Shown here in pieces: positions 1 to 13,378 of a stretch of 64,000 nt of DNA. The stretch spans positions 22,106,962 through 22,170,961 of the forward strand of contig JARFYF010000054.1 of the NCBI GenBank assembly GCA_030265395.1, given 5' to 3'. This stretch comes from Rhina ancylostomus (taxonomy: Eukaryota). Position numbers and translations under genes: made by a program. Position 1 is the first letter of the stretch. Each line of letters starts with the position of its first letter. The notes beneath the pieces are model-generated. The model ran no database searches, was not told where the DNA came from, and saw nothing but the letters and a program-made list of their open reading frames with translations.

Positions 1-9
1 CCTCTCAGC

Positions 10-215
10 TAGACATTGGGGACAACTTATATCAGCTAATTAACCTACCAAAGCATACATCTTTGGGATGTGGGAGGAGACTGGAGCATCCAGAGGAAAT
101 GCATGCAGTCACAGAGAGAACATGCAAACTCCACACGGACAGCACCTGAGATCAGGATTGAACCCAGGTCTCGGGTGCTGGAGGACAGCGGCTCTACAAG
201 CTGCATCACTGTGCC
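10..215 (-). mobile_element. HE1-like V-SINE (tRNA-derived)
   Basis: Reverse complement reads ggcacagtgatgcagc...gacctgggttcaatcctga (B box)...tgtgtggagtttgcatgttctc...tgctccagtctcctcccacatcccaaagatg (V-domain). Confidence 0.85.
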
Positions 216-999
216 ACACATAACTCCACTGCCTTAACACCAATGTCCTCAGAATGCATTCCCAATCTTGCCAACACCTATCCAAGCTCTCCAAATGCCA
301 ATCCTAACTAAATCCATGATGAATCCCTCCCACTAATCCCTAAACATTCCCTTCCACTATCATGTCTCTCCCCTGCAAACCCTCTCCCCACCAGCAAGCT
401 GACTCTCCCTACCACAATCAGCTGCTCAGTTAACCTCCTCCACTATTTCCGCCCTTCACAGTAGCAGGAACTTCACAGAGGGATGGGTGATGTGCAAGAT
501 TCCTTACGTTAGGCCAGCTCCATCCTTGGACCCCTCCCTCCCCACCCCTCTGTAAATATCAGTCTGGGGATCTCACACAAAGCTGACTCAGTTTCAAAAC
601 AGCAGAGCTTTAATGCATGATACATGCCTGCCTGGAATTTCAAGTGCCCAACACTGTTTTATTCAGCACTGTGATAAAAATCAACTTTTTCCATAGAGAA
701 ATTCAACAACAACCATTCCTAGGCTGTAGTAAGTCACTGTGCAGATTTGATCATGATGTGAGACACTCTTGCACCTCTGATAAGACTTTTGTATTAGTTC
801 ACATGGACACTCCTGTGCAATGTACTTTTGGGAACATTACGGGGGAAATTGGAAAGATTTGTCCCAGAAGTGACCATCATTGGGTCCTCCAGAGACAGCT
901 TTTTGTAAATTTGTTTTCAGGCTCTGGGCATTGCTGACCAGACCAGCAGTAATGCTCATCCATGAGAAGCTGTTCATCATCCAGGAAATAAATCACCTC

Positions 1000-1180
1000 T
1001 CCTACATTGTTGCTGCTTCTAAATGTGAGAATTCCTTATCTAACTGCACCAGAATAACTTCACCAGGAAAACTGTACAAGTTCTAGTAGGTGGTTTACCA
1101 CCACCTTCTCAAAGGCAATTAGGGATGGGTAATAAATGCTGGATTTGGGAGCAGTGCGCAGATCAGGAAAGTGAATCTAA
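1000..1180 (+). mobile_element. 3' tail of a CR1-clade LINE ('family B' here)
   Basis: ccaccaccttctcaaaggcaattagggatgggtaataaatgctgg; the same tail occurs at 13675-13745 and 57030-57120. Confidence 0.7.
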
Positions 1181-1184
1181 AAAC

Positions 1185-1855
1185 AATGACCGGCAACGTG
1201 CTTCCATGTCAGGATGGTGTGCAACTTGGAGAGAAGGCCGCTGATGGTAGTGCTCCCTTGCACATACTGCCCTTGTCTTTCTTGCTACTTGAGATTGCAG
1301 GCTTGGGAGGTGCTGTCAGAGTAGCCTGGGTGATAACTGCTGTGCATAATATAGATGGTACACACTGCTTCCAAGGTGCATCAGTGCTGGAGGGAATGAC
1401 CATTTAGAACGGTTGATGAAGTGGCAATCTGCTCTGTTCTGGATGATGTCAAGCTTCTTGAACGTTGTTGCAGCTGGACAGATCCAGGCAAGTGGAGAGT
1501 ATTCCATCAGGATCCTGATTTGTACCCTGCAGATGGTGAGGTCAAGCTGTCTTTGTGCCTTGGGATGTCAGGAGGCAAATCACTCACCACAGGATACGCA
1601 GGCTCTTGTAACCATGATACATATGTGGCTATTCTAATGGGCTTCTGGTCTACAGTGACCCCAGTTTATTGATGGTGAAGGATTTGATGTGGTTTTGCCA
1701 TTGAATGTCAAGAATAGATGGTTACACTCTCTTGTTGGAGATGGTTATTTCTTGGGACTTCTGTAGCATGAACATTAGTTGTCATTTATCAGTCCACACT
1801 AGAGCATTGTCTAGGTCTTGCTGCATCTCTGCATGGGCTGCTTCTTTTGCTGAGA
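1185..1855 (-). mobile_element. Decayed family B LINE ORF2 C-terminal region
   Basis: Minus-strand translation MEYSPLAWICPAATTFKKLDIIQNRA; homologous to the + strand copy at 56550-57125. Confidence 0.8.
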
Positions 1856-2329
1856 AACCTGGTTTTCTCAGACCAGCCCAGGCAGTGAAGTCAATACAAA
1901 CTTTCTTTAATCCTTGGGCCCTGACACCAACCTATCATTAACCCATCCACCACCCTGATCACCATTCCTCCAACTACACTCTGCAGTTCCCTGAATCCCA
2001 ACCCTCCAATGACCAGCCATATCACTGGCCCAATAGAACATATGGTCAATGGCCATTCTGAATCCAACCTCCAAATGAAGTACTGACACCATATTTCCAA
2101 TGCTGAGAATGTCCAACACCCAGTTCTCTGGGCTGGAGGCTGAGGTTTCTATCAGGCTAGGGCTCTGGTAGTGATATGCACTCACAGACCAAAATTGTTT
2201 CCTCATTGGTCTGCCCATCTTGTGTACCAGAATTTCCAGGCAGTTATAATTTCTAGGTTACCATGTTAATTCAATTTTGACAATGCTTGCAATGATCAAA
2301 CATGTCAGAAATAACTATTTTGCCTTGAG

Positions 2330-2690
2330 TGGCAGCCCCTCCTTCTCAGACTGAAACTGTTGAGTTCAAGTTTCATTCAAGAGGTCAAAGCACAAATTCT
2401 AATATGACCTTCTGGTATTGCCCCTTGGATATGATACTGAGATTCTACCTGCCTTTGCTCCGATGATACTATTTGAGTGGAGGGTTTTTCAAAGTCCTAG
2501 AGTAAAATCAGTGTTGATTTCTAACTCTAAGACAGGTTAATGGTCATGGTCACCTTGCTGTGCTTGTGTTGGTTCCCATGTTTCTTACACAACAATGGTG
2601 AATACACTTTAAAAATGCCACATTTCACTCAATCACTGTGGTACGTCCAGTGTGGTGAACACTAATATATAGTTGCAAGCCTTTCAATAC
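2330..2690 (+). mobile_element. Very decayed Deu-domain (SacSINE1-like) SINE
   Basis: tRNA-like head (gttgagttcaagt) and tail (tttcttacacaacaatggtgaatacactt...atatatagttgcaagc), shared with several other copies in the window. Confidence 0.5.
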
Positions 2691-4229
2691 TTGCTGCACA
2701 TGCTGTGTGTTCATATCTTGAAGAGCTGTGTGTACAATGTGGTATGGCTTTGGATGCATTGTTACATCAACCATTGCTGTTAGTTAGCTATTAATAAAGG
2801 ATATTTAGTTGGAAGCTCAGCCCTATTCACTTGCCTTACTGATCAGCAATATGGAGAAGGACCCTTGAATGACACAGCACTGGTTAGTGAAAATAATATA
2901 CTCATATACTTCTCATATTTTTTTACATTATAGGAGGAAGCCATTTGTGCATCAAGTCTATGCAACTCTCAGAAAATGCCCATTAGTCCCATTCCCCGAC
3001 ATTTAATGATTTGGGGCAGTTATCACAAAGGAACGGATATCGAACCAGAACGTGCTAGAAACTCTTGGGCAGAGCAGACCACCTCTGCAGAGAGACAAAA
3101 CAGAATTAATGTGTATGGTTGAAAATCTTTCACCGAACGTCAGTTCAGACACATGTCTTTAATAGAGGCAGATTGGGAAAGAAATGCTGCTCTCCACCCG
3201 GGAATGAATTAAGAAAATACACAATGGTGATAAAGCCATCTTAGAAACAAGAAAATAATCAATATTTACTGAAAGCTAACTTTCTTAGTACATCTGTATA
3301 CCTTACCTTATATTGCATGCATGAGCAGACAACTGATGTTACCAGAGGTTCCCCAGTTACTCTGATGTGATTCATAGGTCAGCAGTACAAAACATCTTGA
3401 TAAAGTTGCTCAATACAAAAACACAGGTATGACCTCCCATTTACCCCACAACCTCCGAAAGGATTGCACCATTATCCTACCAGATATTATTAAACCCTGC
3501 GAGACAGAGCTGAAATCCTGTAGGATTCTTCAATCTGGCTCAAAGGATCAGATTTTGATTTGATTCAGAAACATCTGAAGAGAATTCTCATTTCAAAAAA
3601 TAACATTCCTGCAGGTCACGTTGCCAAGAAGTTTGCAGTGGGCTGATGCTAAATTAAGTGAACAGCCCTGGGGCAATTTGAAGCACATTGAAGTTTATTT
3701 GCTTTGTTAAAGTGTGCTTTGGATTTCCAGGAATTGTTATGAATTTGATTCATACTACAGACCCAAGGCTAAGGATCTCCTCCTATTGATATAATTACCT
3801 TGAATTTTACTTCAAGAGTGCATGCACAACTGGTTGTGTGTTTGGCAGCACGAAGGGAAAATAGTGCCCAACACGTAGAAGACAATGTACATGTTTGTGC
3901 ATAATCAAAATATGCTGGAATTTCTCACATAATGAAAGGAGGCCTCTGGCGGGGAGTAGGAAGTGGCGTTTTACTTCTTGCTTAAGGCTGAGGAAACATT
4001 TATAAATTGAAAATTGAGAAACTGCCTATACTGGAAGTCTGAAACCACATTTATAATTTCAATTTTTTGTCTGGACTTTGTGGACTTTTCAAAGAGGGAG
4101 ATATATCCATTGAACTGGCATTGAGGGCAGAATGTGATGAAATGGCCCATTGTTTGAGCTGGGTGACCACATTCACAGGGAGAGGAGAGTTTGATTCATC
4201 ATTTATGTTATTTCTTTGACAATAATAAA

Positions 4230-4605
4230 TTAGAACATAAGAACAGTACAGCACAGGAACAGGCACTTCGGCCCATGATGTTGTGCCGAACTAATTAAGC
4301 TTTATTAAGCTAAATTGTTCCCATTGGCAAAGGAATCTAAATCTGGGGGATGTGGAATGAAGATGATTGACAAAAAAAACAAGGAAAATTTTTTCATGCC
4401 ACAAATGGGTAGATTCTGAAATGCACGAACAGATGTGCGAATTCAATTGTGGCATTCAAAAGAAAGCTGAGTGAGCATCTGAAAAAAAGAATTTGCAGGT
4501 TTACTGCAGAGTGTGGGGGAATGGGACTCTCTGGATTGCTTTTACAAAGAGTTGGTCAGCAGATGATGGGCCAAATGCCCTCTTCCCATTATGTAACAAT
4601 TCTGA
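4230..4605. mobile_element. CR1 3' tail (minus, 4230-4300) adjoining a decayed CR1 3' end (plus, ~4310-4605)
   Basis: agaacataagaacagtacagcacaggaacaggcacttcggccc is the reverse CR1 terminus. The downstream part has the AFKRKL ORF2 end and a gatgggccaaatgccctc tail. Confidence 0.7.
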
Positions 4606-5039
4606 ATCCTTATGTACTAAATGGCCACATCACCCACAATCTATTTGGATTTTGTTTGTCACTCCTCATGTTCTTAGAGGCTGCTGAAACCCAGGGGGCC
4701 TTGCTGTTGGGTCTTGAATGAGTTCCTCGTCTCAGACAATGTTTTCAGTGCAGGCTTTGTCCATTTGTTGTTGCTGTTGTAGGTGAGGAGTAGCAGGACT
4801 AGAAAGGGTTCCATGAAAACATGCGGTGAGTTGAGGAGTCAGAGATAGACCAGTGCAGGTTATTGATGGTTTTGGCAACGTCTTGACAGATATGAAGAGG
4901 GGTGATAGTCAACAGCACTGGGATCCATTGGGATGACTTTATTGTTCTGGAGAGTGCCTGTATAGTTCAGCCTTATAGGAAATGGTAGTGGATTGATAGT
5001 CACCAAATATTGGTCCTACGTATAATGGATTCATCTCTA

Positions 5040-5560
5040 ACCCTAGCATATATTGATATATGGTTCCATAGGAGTTACAGAAGAGATTTACTCAAATAGC
5101 TTTAGGGCTAAGGGACCTCAGCTATGGGGTTAGGCTGCAGAAGCTGGAGTTACTTTTGTTGGTGGATATAAGTTTGAGCAGTGATGTAATGGATGTATTT
5201 AATGGAGGTGTAGAAAATCATGATTAGTTTAGATATGGCAAACAGAAAGAATATGTCCAATGGGCAGATGGTTCAAGAATCTGGGGGCACAAACTCAAAT
5301 TGAGGGGTGAAAGCAGGACATGAGGAGAAACCTTTCAACACATATTGTGTTTATGGTCAGAAACTCACTGCATATGAGGGCGAGTCAATCAGTCAAACAG
5401 GGCTTTCGGAAGAAAAATGGATGAGTTTGAGAGGAAATAATTAGCAGGGCTTTGGAAAAAGTTCAAGGGAATGTTACTGAATAGATTGTTCCACAAGATG
5501 CTGACATGCATATAATGAACTGAGTGGCCTCCTTTTTGTTGTTACAATTCTGTGATTCTT
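5040..5560 (+). mobile_element. Decayed CR1 LINE 3' end
   Basis: gagatttact...gggacctcagctatgggg..aggctgcagaagctggag...ggggcacaaactcaaattgaggggtga...gaactgagtggcctcctttt; typical CR1 ORF2 end and 3' UTR. Confidence 0.65.
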
Positions 5561-7161
5561 GCATTGTATAGTTTAAAGCATTTACTGAATAGTTATCAGA
5601 CAAGGGAGCTCTCGATTCTATGCTGGGAAATCTGCCTAAAGTCTGTCAAGAGATTCATGTCAATTTGAAGCTCAAGAAGTCATGCTTATAACATGCTTGT
5701 ATATTTCTATTGTACAGTCTGACGTGATAAAATGGCTTTGCTCCCTTTACATTTGGTTTAAATAGCACAATGCTAATTGCCTTGGTAACACAACAGGAGA
5801 ACCTCAACAGCATTGGTGAAAGAGAGATTTGGTGCCCAGAAGTAGCCTGCACAATTATTCCCCGTTACTCTTCCAACATAAATGCTGGCATCAGGAAGTC
5901 ACCACCTCTGGACAGAAGGGAGTAGGAACATCAGATTGCATCTGTGTTTCAGGGGCCTCTGAGTCCATCTATTGGCCCCTGACCAATTCAAAGGTAAGAC
6001 ACAAGGTAAAAGCGGTTCTCAATTCCACATGGAAAGGATTTTTTTTTGTTGCCAAAAGTGATGGGAAAATCCATATTACAACAATCATCCTCCTGCCCTG
6101 GTCAAGATAATAGCGTGAACAGCCTTCCTTCTGTGGTTTCTCTGCAGTGTCACATGCAATTTTTATGATTGGTGCATTAGTAGCTTTCAAGAAAAAGTCA
6201 AATCCACTGTGTTTTTCCTTCCTTTCATTGAAGTGTGTTCAGTTTTGTCACAGTATTTACTGATGACTATAAAGGCACACTGGTATTGTCTGTACATATA
6301 TCAAATAGCTCGTAATTTGGAGAACAAGATAGCTTAAATGATGATCCCTGAGCTTTGGTTTGTTCAACATACATCAGATCTGCTATTGGTCTGGAGCATT
6401 TCTCTTCATTTCATTGGACAAGAGCTTTGCAAAATTTTCAGCAGGATGATACGGAAGTACAGTCTGCTTCTGGAAATGGATGTTGTTCTGGAATGGAATT
6501 GGATTGCGACCATTTCTGAGTTAAATCACATCACCCTGGAAATTCAATTGGGTACTTCCATTTCAATTCATATTTATGTACAGCTTATGCATCAGTTGCG
6601 CATGGGATGACATTGTACACCAGAGAATAATCTTGTTGGAGGATTGCAGAAAAATTAGGCAAAGTTGTCTGATGAGCAACCATTGAGTGGCAATCCTGGA
6701 ACAACTGGGACTTCACAATGCAGTGCTGGATTAGGACTTCATCAATACAAGTCCCATACTTTAATCCTTCAGTTCCCACATATCCATGGTACCAACCTAC
6801 TGATCACTCTCCCGAACCCTTAACCTTGATTCTGATCACCTCCCCCCACCCCTTCACTTTTCCTATATGCAATTGATTGCTTCTCTCCCTAATCTTCATC
6901 TTGCCTTCAGCAACCCTTCCCCTCAGTCCAGGCATCAATCTCACCCATGGAAAGTGATGTTTAACCTCTTATGTAGCCACTTAACCGATCATCAACCCAA
7001 CCCCAGGTTACGAAGTCAGCCCTCTCTCCCTCTTGATCTCACAAACCTAATCTCGGTCCTGAGAGCACATTTCTGACCATAAAAATGTGTAACACAAGTT
7101 TAGATTGGCAAGCCCACAATCCAAAGAGTCATTGGCAGCTGTCACTACAAATATAGAACAT

Positions 7162-7483
7162 AGAAGAGAGGCACAAGAGACTGCAGATGCTGTAATCTGG
7201 AGAAGCAAACAATCTGCTGGAAAACCTCAGCGGGTCATAGACCAAAACATAGAACATAGAACAGTACAGCACAGAACCGGCCCATTGGCCCACATTGTTG
7301 TGCCAACATAGCTAATCCCTCCTACCTACAGAATGCCCATATCCCTCCAACAGGGTTGAACAGCATCTGTGTGAGGAAAGAAAATGTTGGCGTTTCGGGT
7401 TGAAATCCTGCATTAGGACTGTTTTCTTTCCTCCCACAGATGCTGCTCGACCTCCTGAGTTCCTTCAGCAGAATGTTTCTTGC
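7162..7483. mobile_element. Penelope-derived fold-back element with a nested CR1 tail (7237-7348, minus)
   Basis: cacaagagactgcagatgctg...ctcagcgggtc / cagcatctgtg...cgtttcgggttga...ggactg followed by the inverted copy ...cacagatgctgctcgacctcctgagttcc. Flanked by the direct repeat tatagaacat (7152-7161, 7484-7493). Confidence 0.75.
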
Positions 7484-9919
7484 TATAGAACATTGTCAAG
7501 TATCTATTAAAACTATAAGGACGCTCTATCACATAGTTTTTCCTTTACTCCATGATTTTTTTGGTCAGTTAATGCTCTTTTATAGATATATTTGCTTTTC
7601 CATTTTTTATCATTAAAGTAATTTCACCACATATGCCAACTCTGGATAGGGAAACCAATAGGCAAATAGGCACTAAAACATTTGATAAGCTTGTTGGAAA
7701 CACACTGCAAAATAATGTGGCCAATGTAATATGCTCTCACCTCACCACTTGCAGGGAACTTGTAGACCATTGCAGGTCACTCTGTCACAACAACATATCA
7801 GATCCATTGTTTTACCACTATGCTTAAAAGAAAATTATTTTGCACTTGATTATATCATCATACAGTTGACCCTTGAAAACATTTGAACACTTCTGTGTTT
7901 TAACATCTCTGGTATCTTGTGAAAACTTGCAAAAGTTCAGAGATAGGTCACCCAGATTAGATGACCAGTGATGTTGTTCAATGATGCACATAGAACTGTG
8001 AGAAAAATAAACCTTTCAAAAGACATGCTGAAAGCTGTGCAGAAATCTATGGGATATATGCAATGAAGTCTTAAGGTCACAAAGTCCACCACTTGTGGGT
8101 AGATGGGTAGTAGATGGCTCAGTGGTGACAGTAACAGTGAAAAGAAGAGATGTGCAATATGAAAGCCAACCATCCCCATCTGCCAAGCTCTAAGTCTTGT
8201 GCTGACTCTTTATGAAAATCATCTTTCACTACGCCAATATTTAGGATGAGATAAATAGAGATTCATTTTTCTGTTTTGACTCCATCTTAATTTGTTCAGT
8301 CTGCAGAGAACTATTTCTGTCTTGGTTAGATTATTTTGGTGTTTAAAAGATAACGCTGTCATGTTCTTATTGTGCCAGTACCATAGTGTTACATCTGGCA
8401 AGGTGCTGATTCAATTGTGTCAGATATTAGTTCTTGCACCAAAATAAATGGTTGAATTTCCTTTAATAAAAAGCACAGATTAATGAGGAGCTATACAGCA
8501 GTGGAGACAGAAGCAGTTATTTTACCAAAATAATATCTTTTTTATTTTGCTGCTCTTCTTCCCTCTCACACTCGCTCCCAGAGCCGGGTAGTTAACCCAC
8601 TGTTAATCCTCTGACTTTGTACCACTTCAGCAGAATGTTCGGTATTGTTTTAAATTACTCACCTTCCCTTCAGGAAATTGGCAGCTGTAACCTGTCATCT
8701 GGTAAATGCAAATGACAGGACTGAATCCAGAAATGGAGCTCCACCCTATAACACATGTTACAAAGGTAGATTTTTGTGCATCTGCATGGCTGTAGAGAGG
8801 GCACCATTTCTTCAAACTGGAATATACATTTCCCAATGGGAACCTTAGACAATTTCCTTCCATTAATGAGCAGAATTTTAATTTGTAAACCAAAACAATC
8901 GCATCTGCAATCTGTAAATGTAGGTTTAAAATGCACCTGAGAACTCTAAACAAGAGCATGCAGACCAATAGTGAGGCAAGAACTATGAGATGGGCTGTTT
9001 GATAACACTTTTACAACCTGTTAAAATGGAAATGTGACACACACCTGTAACCAATTAATATACTTTATAATTCAGCATTATTTCTAATACCCCTGAACAA
9101 CAAATGCTTTATTCAAAATGCATCGAAATGAGATAGCATCAACTATAACAGTTATCATTCATTCAATTAATCGATTTATGGAGCATTAAGTACTTTTGAA
9201 TTGGTCTGTTAGTACAGAGGGGCTGGTCTGTAAAATCTGGACCCTAAAAGTGCTGGTGCCTAAAGGACAGAATGAAGGAGAAATGGCTCCACAGATAGGA
9301 AGACTGCTTCAGAATTTAAATAAAATCAAAGTGGACCTAATGGTAAAATGTCTGAGGATTCTGGCACCAAAACTAGCACCAAATCTATCTCCACTAAAAG
9401 GTTATTACAACCCATGNNNGCAGAGGTGTTTCTCATTTTTGTTGTTCTGTATTTGATAATGTCCAAATTCAAAAGTGTCACAAATAAAACTGTAAGGAAA
9501 TTCAGGAGCAAATTCCTTACTGAAAGGGACTACAGATTAATGGGTGACTGGGGAGATTAGCATGGTTGCATCCAAGAGGAAGCAAGACAAGCATGAGGGA
9601 TAAAGGAATATGTTGACAGCATTGGACGAAGAAGGGTTGCTTGATACTCCTTGGACAAATTGCTTACTTTTACTCTGCAATCTTTTAAGTCATAGAATTT
9701 TGCTCTGGTGGTTCAGATCTCAGTAGGTGCAGAGAGCCATTGAGTTAGTGTTGACCTCTGGTGACCTATGGGCCAGCTCTCTACAAGATGACCTATCATC
9801 AATGCTGCATCTAACCTTCAACAGGCTTCCTGCAGGAGTGGAGCTACAACACAGGACAAATTGGAAGTCTTCAAGCCATGTCACCTCCACTCCAGAACAA
9901 AGTCTCCTTATAACTCAAG

Positions 9920-10720
9920 CCCCTCTGTTCTACAGCACTCCCCAGGACCCTGTCATTCACTGTATAAGTCCTGCCCTGGTTTAAATTCCCAAAATACATC
10001 ACTTTGCACTCTTCTGAGTTAAATTCCATCTGCCATTCCTTTGCCCACTTTCCCGGTTGATCTGTATCCAGTTGTAAACTTAGACAACCTTCTTCACAGA
10101 CGACTATACCACCAATTTTGGTGTAGTCCGCAAACATTAATCACACCACATTAATCATGCAACACACAGGCCTCCAATGTGAAAAACAACCCTCCACCAC
10201 CACCACCACCCACTTGCCTCCTCCCACCAAGACAATTTTGTATCCAGCTCACCTTGGATCCCATGTGTTTTAACCATCTGGACCAGCCTGCCATGCAGGA
10301 CCTTGTCAAATGTAAACAATGTCCACCACCCTGCCCTCATCGATCCTCTTGGTCACCTCTTTAAAAAACTCAATCAAATTCATGAGACATGAATTCCCAC
10401 ACACAAAGCCATGCTAACTCTTCCTAATCACTTGCTTTTCTAAATGCAGCTGAATTCTGTCCCTCAGAATCCCTTCAAGTAACTTTCCCACCCTGCCTTA
10501 TCCCCGCTGCCCTTAAATAAAGGCACAAAACTAGCTATCTTCCAGTTTTCCAGTATCGCATCTGTGGCTAACAAAGATACAAAAATCTTTCCAGAGCCCC
10601 AGAGAACTCTCTCCTTGCTTCTCCTAACATCCTACGTTACTCCTGGTCAGGCCCTGGGGATTTATCCACTTTCATGCATTTCAAGACCTCCAACACCTCC
10701 TCCTTCGTGATGCTGCTTTG
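9920..10720 (-). mobile_element. CR1 LINE reverse-transcriptase remnant with internal deletions
   Basis: Minus frames give FADYTKIGG..EEGCLSLQLDTDQPGKWAKEWQMEFNSEECKVMYFG, FDKVLHGRLVQMVKTHGIQGEL and EEVLEVLKCMKVDKSPGPD, all hallmark CR1 ORF2 motifs. Confidence 0.92.
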
Positions 10721-12439
10721 CTCCAAGGCTCCACTGAACCCCTATTTACAGGGTCAGCTCCAATGGGCAAGTCATGTAGTTTGTATGTCTGATGCCAAGC
10801 TCCTGAAACCTAAAAACTGAACAATTCTACCAAATGTCTTAGATAGAGAAACACCTCCAGCAGCATTAGAGTCACAATGTTTGTTCTATTAACACTTTTT
10901 AGCACCATGTTTCAAACATGTAATTGTATTTTAATTACCTCAATTAGCAGATATGTCAGATTTCCACACTGCATTGAAAGGAGTGCTGACAGACAGGTAG
11001 CTACTGATGTAGCCAGAGGCAACATTTCCCCACCCAAACAGGGTGTACGTCTCCCAATAGTGTCACATTTGAGAAGGTGTTATAATGCATACAGACATTA
11101 AAGAAAATAGCTCCTTGGAAAACTTTATCATTGCCCTTTTGGAGATATTTCCATGCAGCGTCTTGGTAATGAAGGTATGTTAAATTGATCGCACTTCATA
11201 TCATGGCCTCCCTTTAACAAAAACCCTGTCAATAAACAAGGAATGCCAAAAATAAAGCACTTTAGCTGGAGTTTAAATATTTATAGGTCAGTGCTAACAA
11301 ATCACTTCGCACCTGCGTTCTGTCATAAATAATATTTTTATTACTGCCAGCATTCAACATGATTGAAACATCTCTTTCCAGTCTGCAGATCACAAGCTGC
11401 ACATTTTAAGGGAAACCTTTCCTATCCATGGAGTTGAACCTGGTTGGAGATACGTCTGCTTAGAAACTGGACGTAGTAAATGGTGCACAGATTAATGGGA
11501 TAGACAAATCTGACTCGTCGACTCTGATGTTACTGGATATTGCACGGGAAAGAGGTGCCTGGAAAATATGATCTGCAAAGAACATTTTGAAATGATACTG
11601 TAATGCTTAGAATACTAATTACAACTCTCTTTTATGGTCCAACTGGTCCAGTGATATGAGGTCATTTCCATCAATATCTGCATTAAACTTGGTGTGTAAT
11701 TCTGGATTTGGGATTACCAGATTGGGTCCCAATTTCAGTATGTGCTACCAAACTATAATTGCTGTGCTGCACAGCAATTCCACCATGGCAGTGTAACTGC
11801 CTGTTTAAACTACGAAGTGCATACAACATACACGCAAGAGCAAAGAGGCACAAGGTAAGCATAAACAACTACAGCAACTTTACTGGACGATGTTTCTCAT
11901 AACTTGCACCTGCACAGCAAAGGTATTCAATGTCATTTTTGATTTCAACATTGGAGATGCAGTGAGAGAGCTCACATTTTTAAAAGACTGGTTCCAGCAA
12001 TGTAGTTTATCACAGAGAAATCAATTGTGTTGCAGGAACCAACCATATTTTTAACAGCTATTTCTCACAACCAAGAGCGTACATATGTTTTTTTTAACTA
12101 CAGGGTATCCCCTTCCTTTTGCTCAAGATTAGGCAGGGACTACTGTAAATGGCAGTGCTGCTGGCCTGATATATTTAACCATACCTGACCTGAGGTAGTG
12201 AGTTGCCATCTGAGGCACAAAGCATGGAAGTCATACCTTTCCATATTATTGATTGCTTAACGGAACAATTAGCATCTACAAGCTTTGCATCTATGCACAA
12301 GAGGGCACTCAAGCCAACCACATTGTTGTGGGACCAAAGTTACCTAAAGCCATGCTGTATAAGTTGGCAGGTTTCCTTTCTATTGATTGACAAGTTTTAG
12401 ATCAATAATTCAATAGTTTTAGGTCATAATTACTGACAC

Positions 12440-12570
12440 AAGTTACTAATTCCAAATGTATTAAATCACTTTAAAATTCCAGCTGCTAAGGTGGGTTTCA
12501 AGTTCATGAATCCAGATGAATAGGTCAGGCCTCTGTTACTTGCCTTGTCGCTTCACCTCGATGCTACCTT
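12440..12570 (-). mobile_element. Decayed tRNA-derived SINE head (same family as 53380-53610)
   Basis: aattccagctgctaaggtgggtttcaagttcatg...caggcctctg; reverse of a tRNA-head SINE common in elasmobranchs. Confidence 0.45.
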
Positions 12571-12771
12571 TCCCTGTCAGCCAAATGATCACACAGTTTG
12601 CAAAAAGATATTTCTGGAAACCAGTAAACATGCAGTAAGTGTAAATAAGTTGCCCAGAGTGCAAGATTGACAGCGCCTGTCTTTATGCACTGTAACTCAC
12701 CTGCCAAGAACAAACCAACACTTGAATAACCCACAACTACCACTGTAAGTCTTCATCCCTTCCACTATCTG

Positions 12772-13378
12772 TCCATCACAGGCTTGTCCTTCCTTTCAAC
12801 CAGTCCATCTTCAGGAAGGCTTGTAGTATCATCAAGGATGCCTGCCACCCCGGCCATTCCCTTTTCTCTCTTCTACCTTCCGGGAGAAGATACAGGAGCT
12901 TGAAAACCTGGACAACTAGACTCAAGAACAGCTTCTTCCCCACTGCCATCAGATGTCTGAACCAATCACCTTTTTCACATCCCTTTCCCGGTGGTCCTGC
13001 CACGTTCTCGGACTCTTAGTTCTACCTCTGTCAGTTATTCTGTTACTGACACTTTAGCATTTCTTTTTGCATCACTTCAGATTGCACTACTATCTTTGCA
13101 CCATTCTGTTGTCTTGCACTCGCCACTGTATTTTTTGCTGTATTTATTATTACCATNNNNNNNNNNNNNNNNNNNNNNNNNNNNNNNNNNNNNNNNNNNN
13201 NNNNNNNNNNNNNNNNNNNNNNNNNNNNNNNNNNNNNNNNNNNNNNNNNNNNNNNNCGCCACTGTATTTTTTGCTGTATTTATTATTACCATGTACACTG
13301 TTTACACTCTGAGCATGTGAGCAAAGAATTTCATTGCACTCTGGCATATATGACAGTAAAGTGATCAAATCTAATCTA
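12772..13378 (+). mobile_element. Rex1/Babar-type LINE 3' fragment
   Basis: Translates to IIKDACHPGHSLFSLLPSGRRYRSLKTWTTRLKNSFFPTAIRCLN, then an AT-rich 3' UTR ending in a short (aatct)n tail. Contains a 100-N gap with duplicated flanks. Confidence 0.85.
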
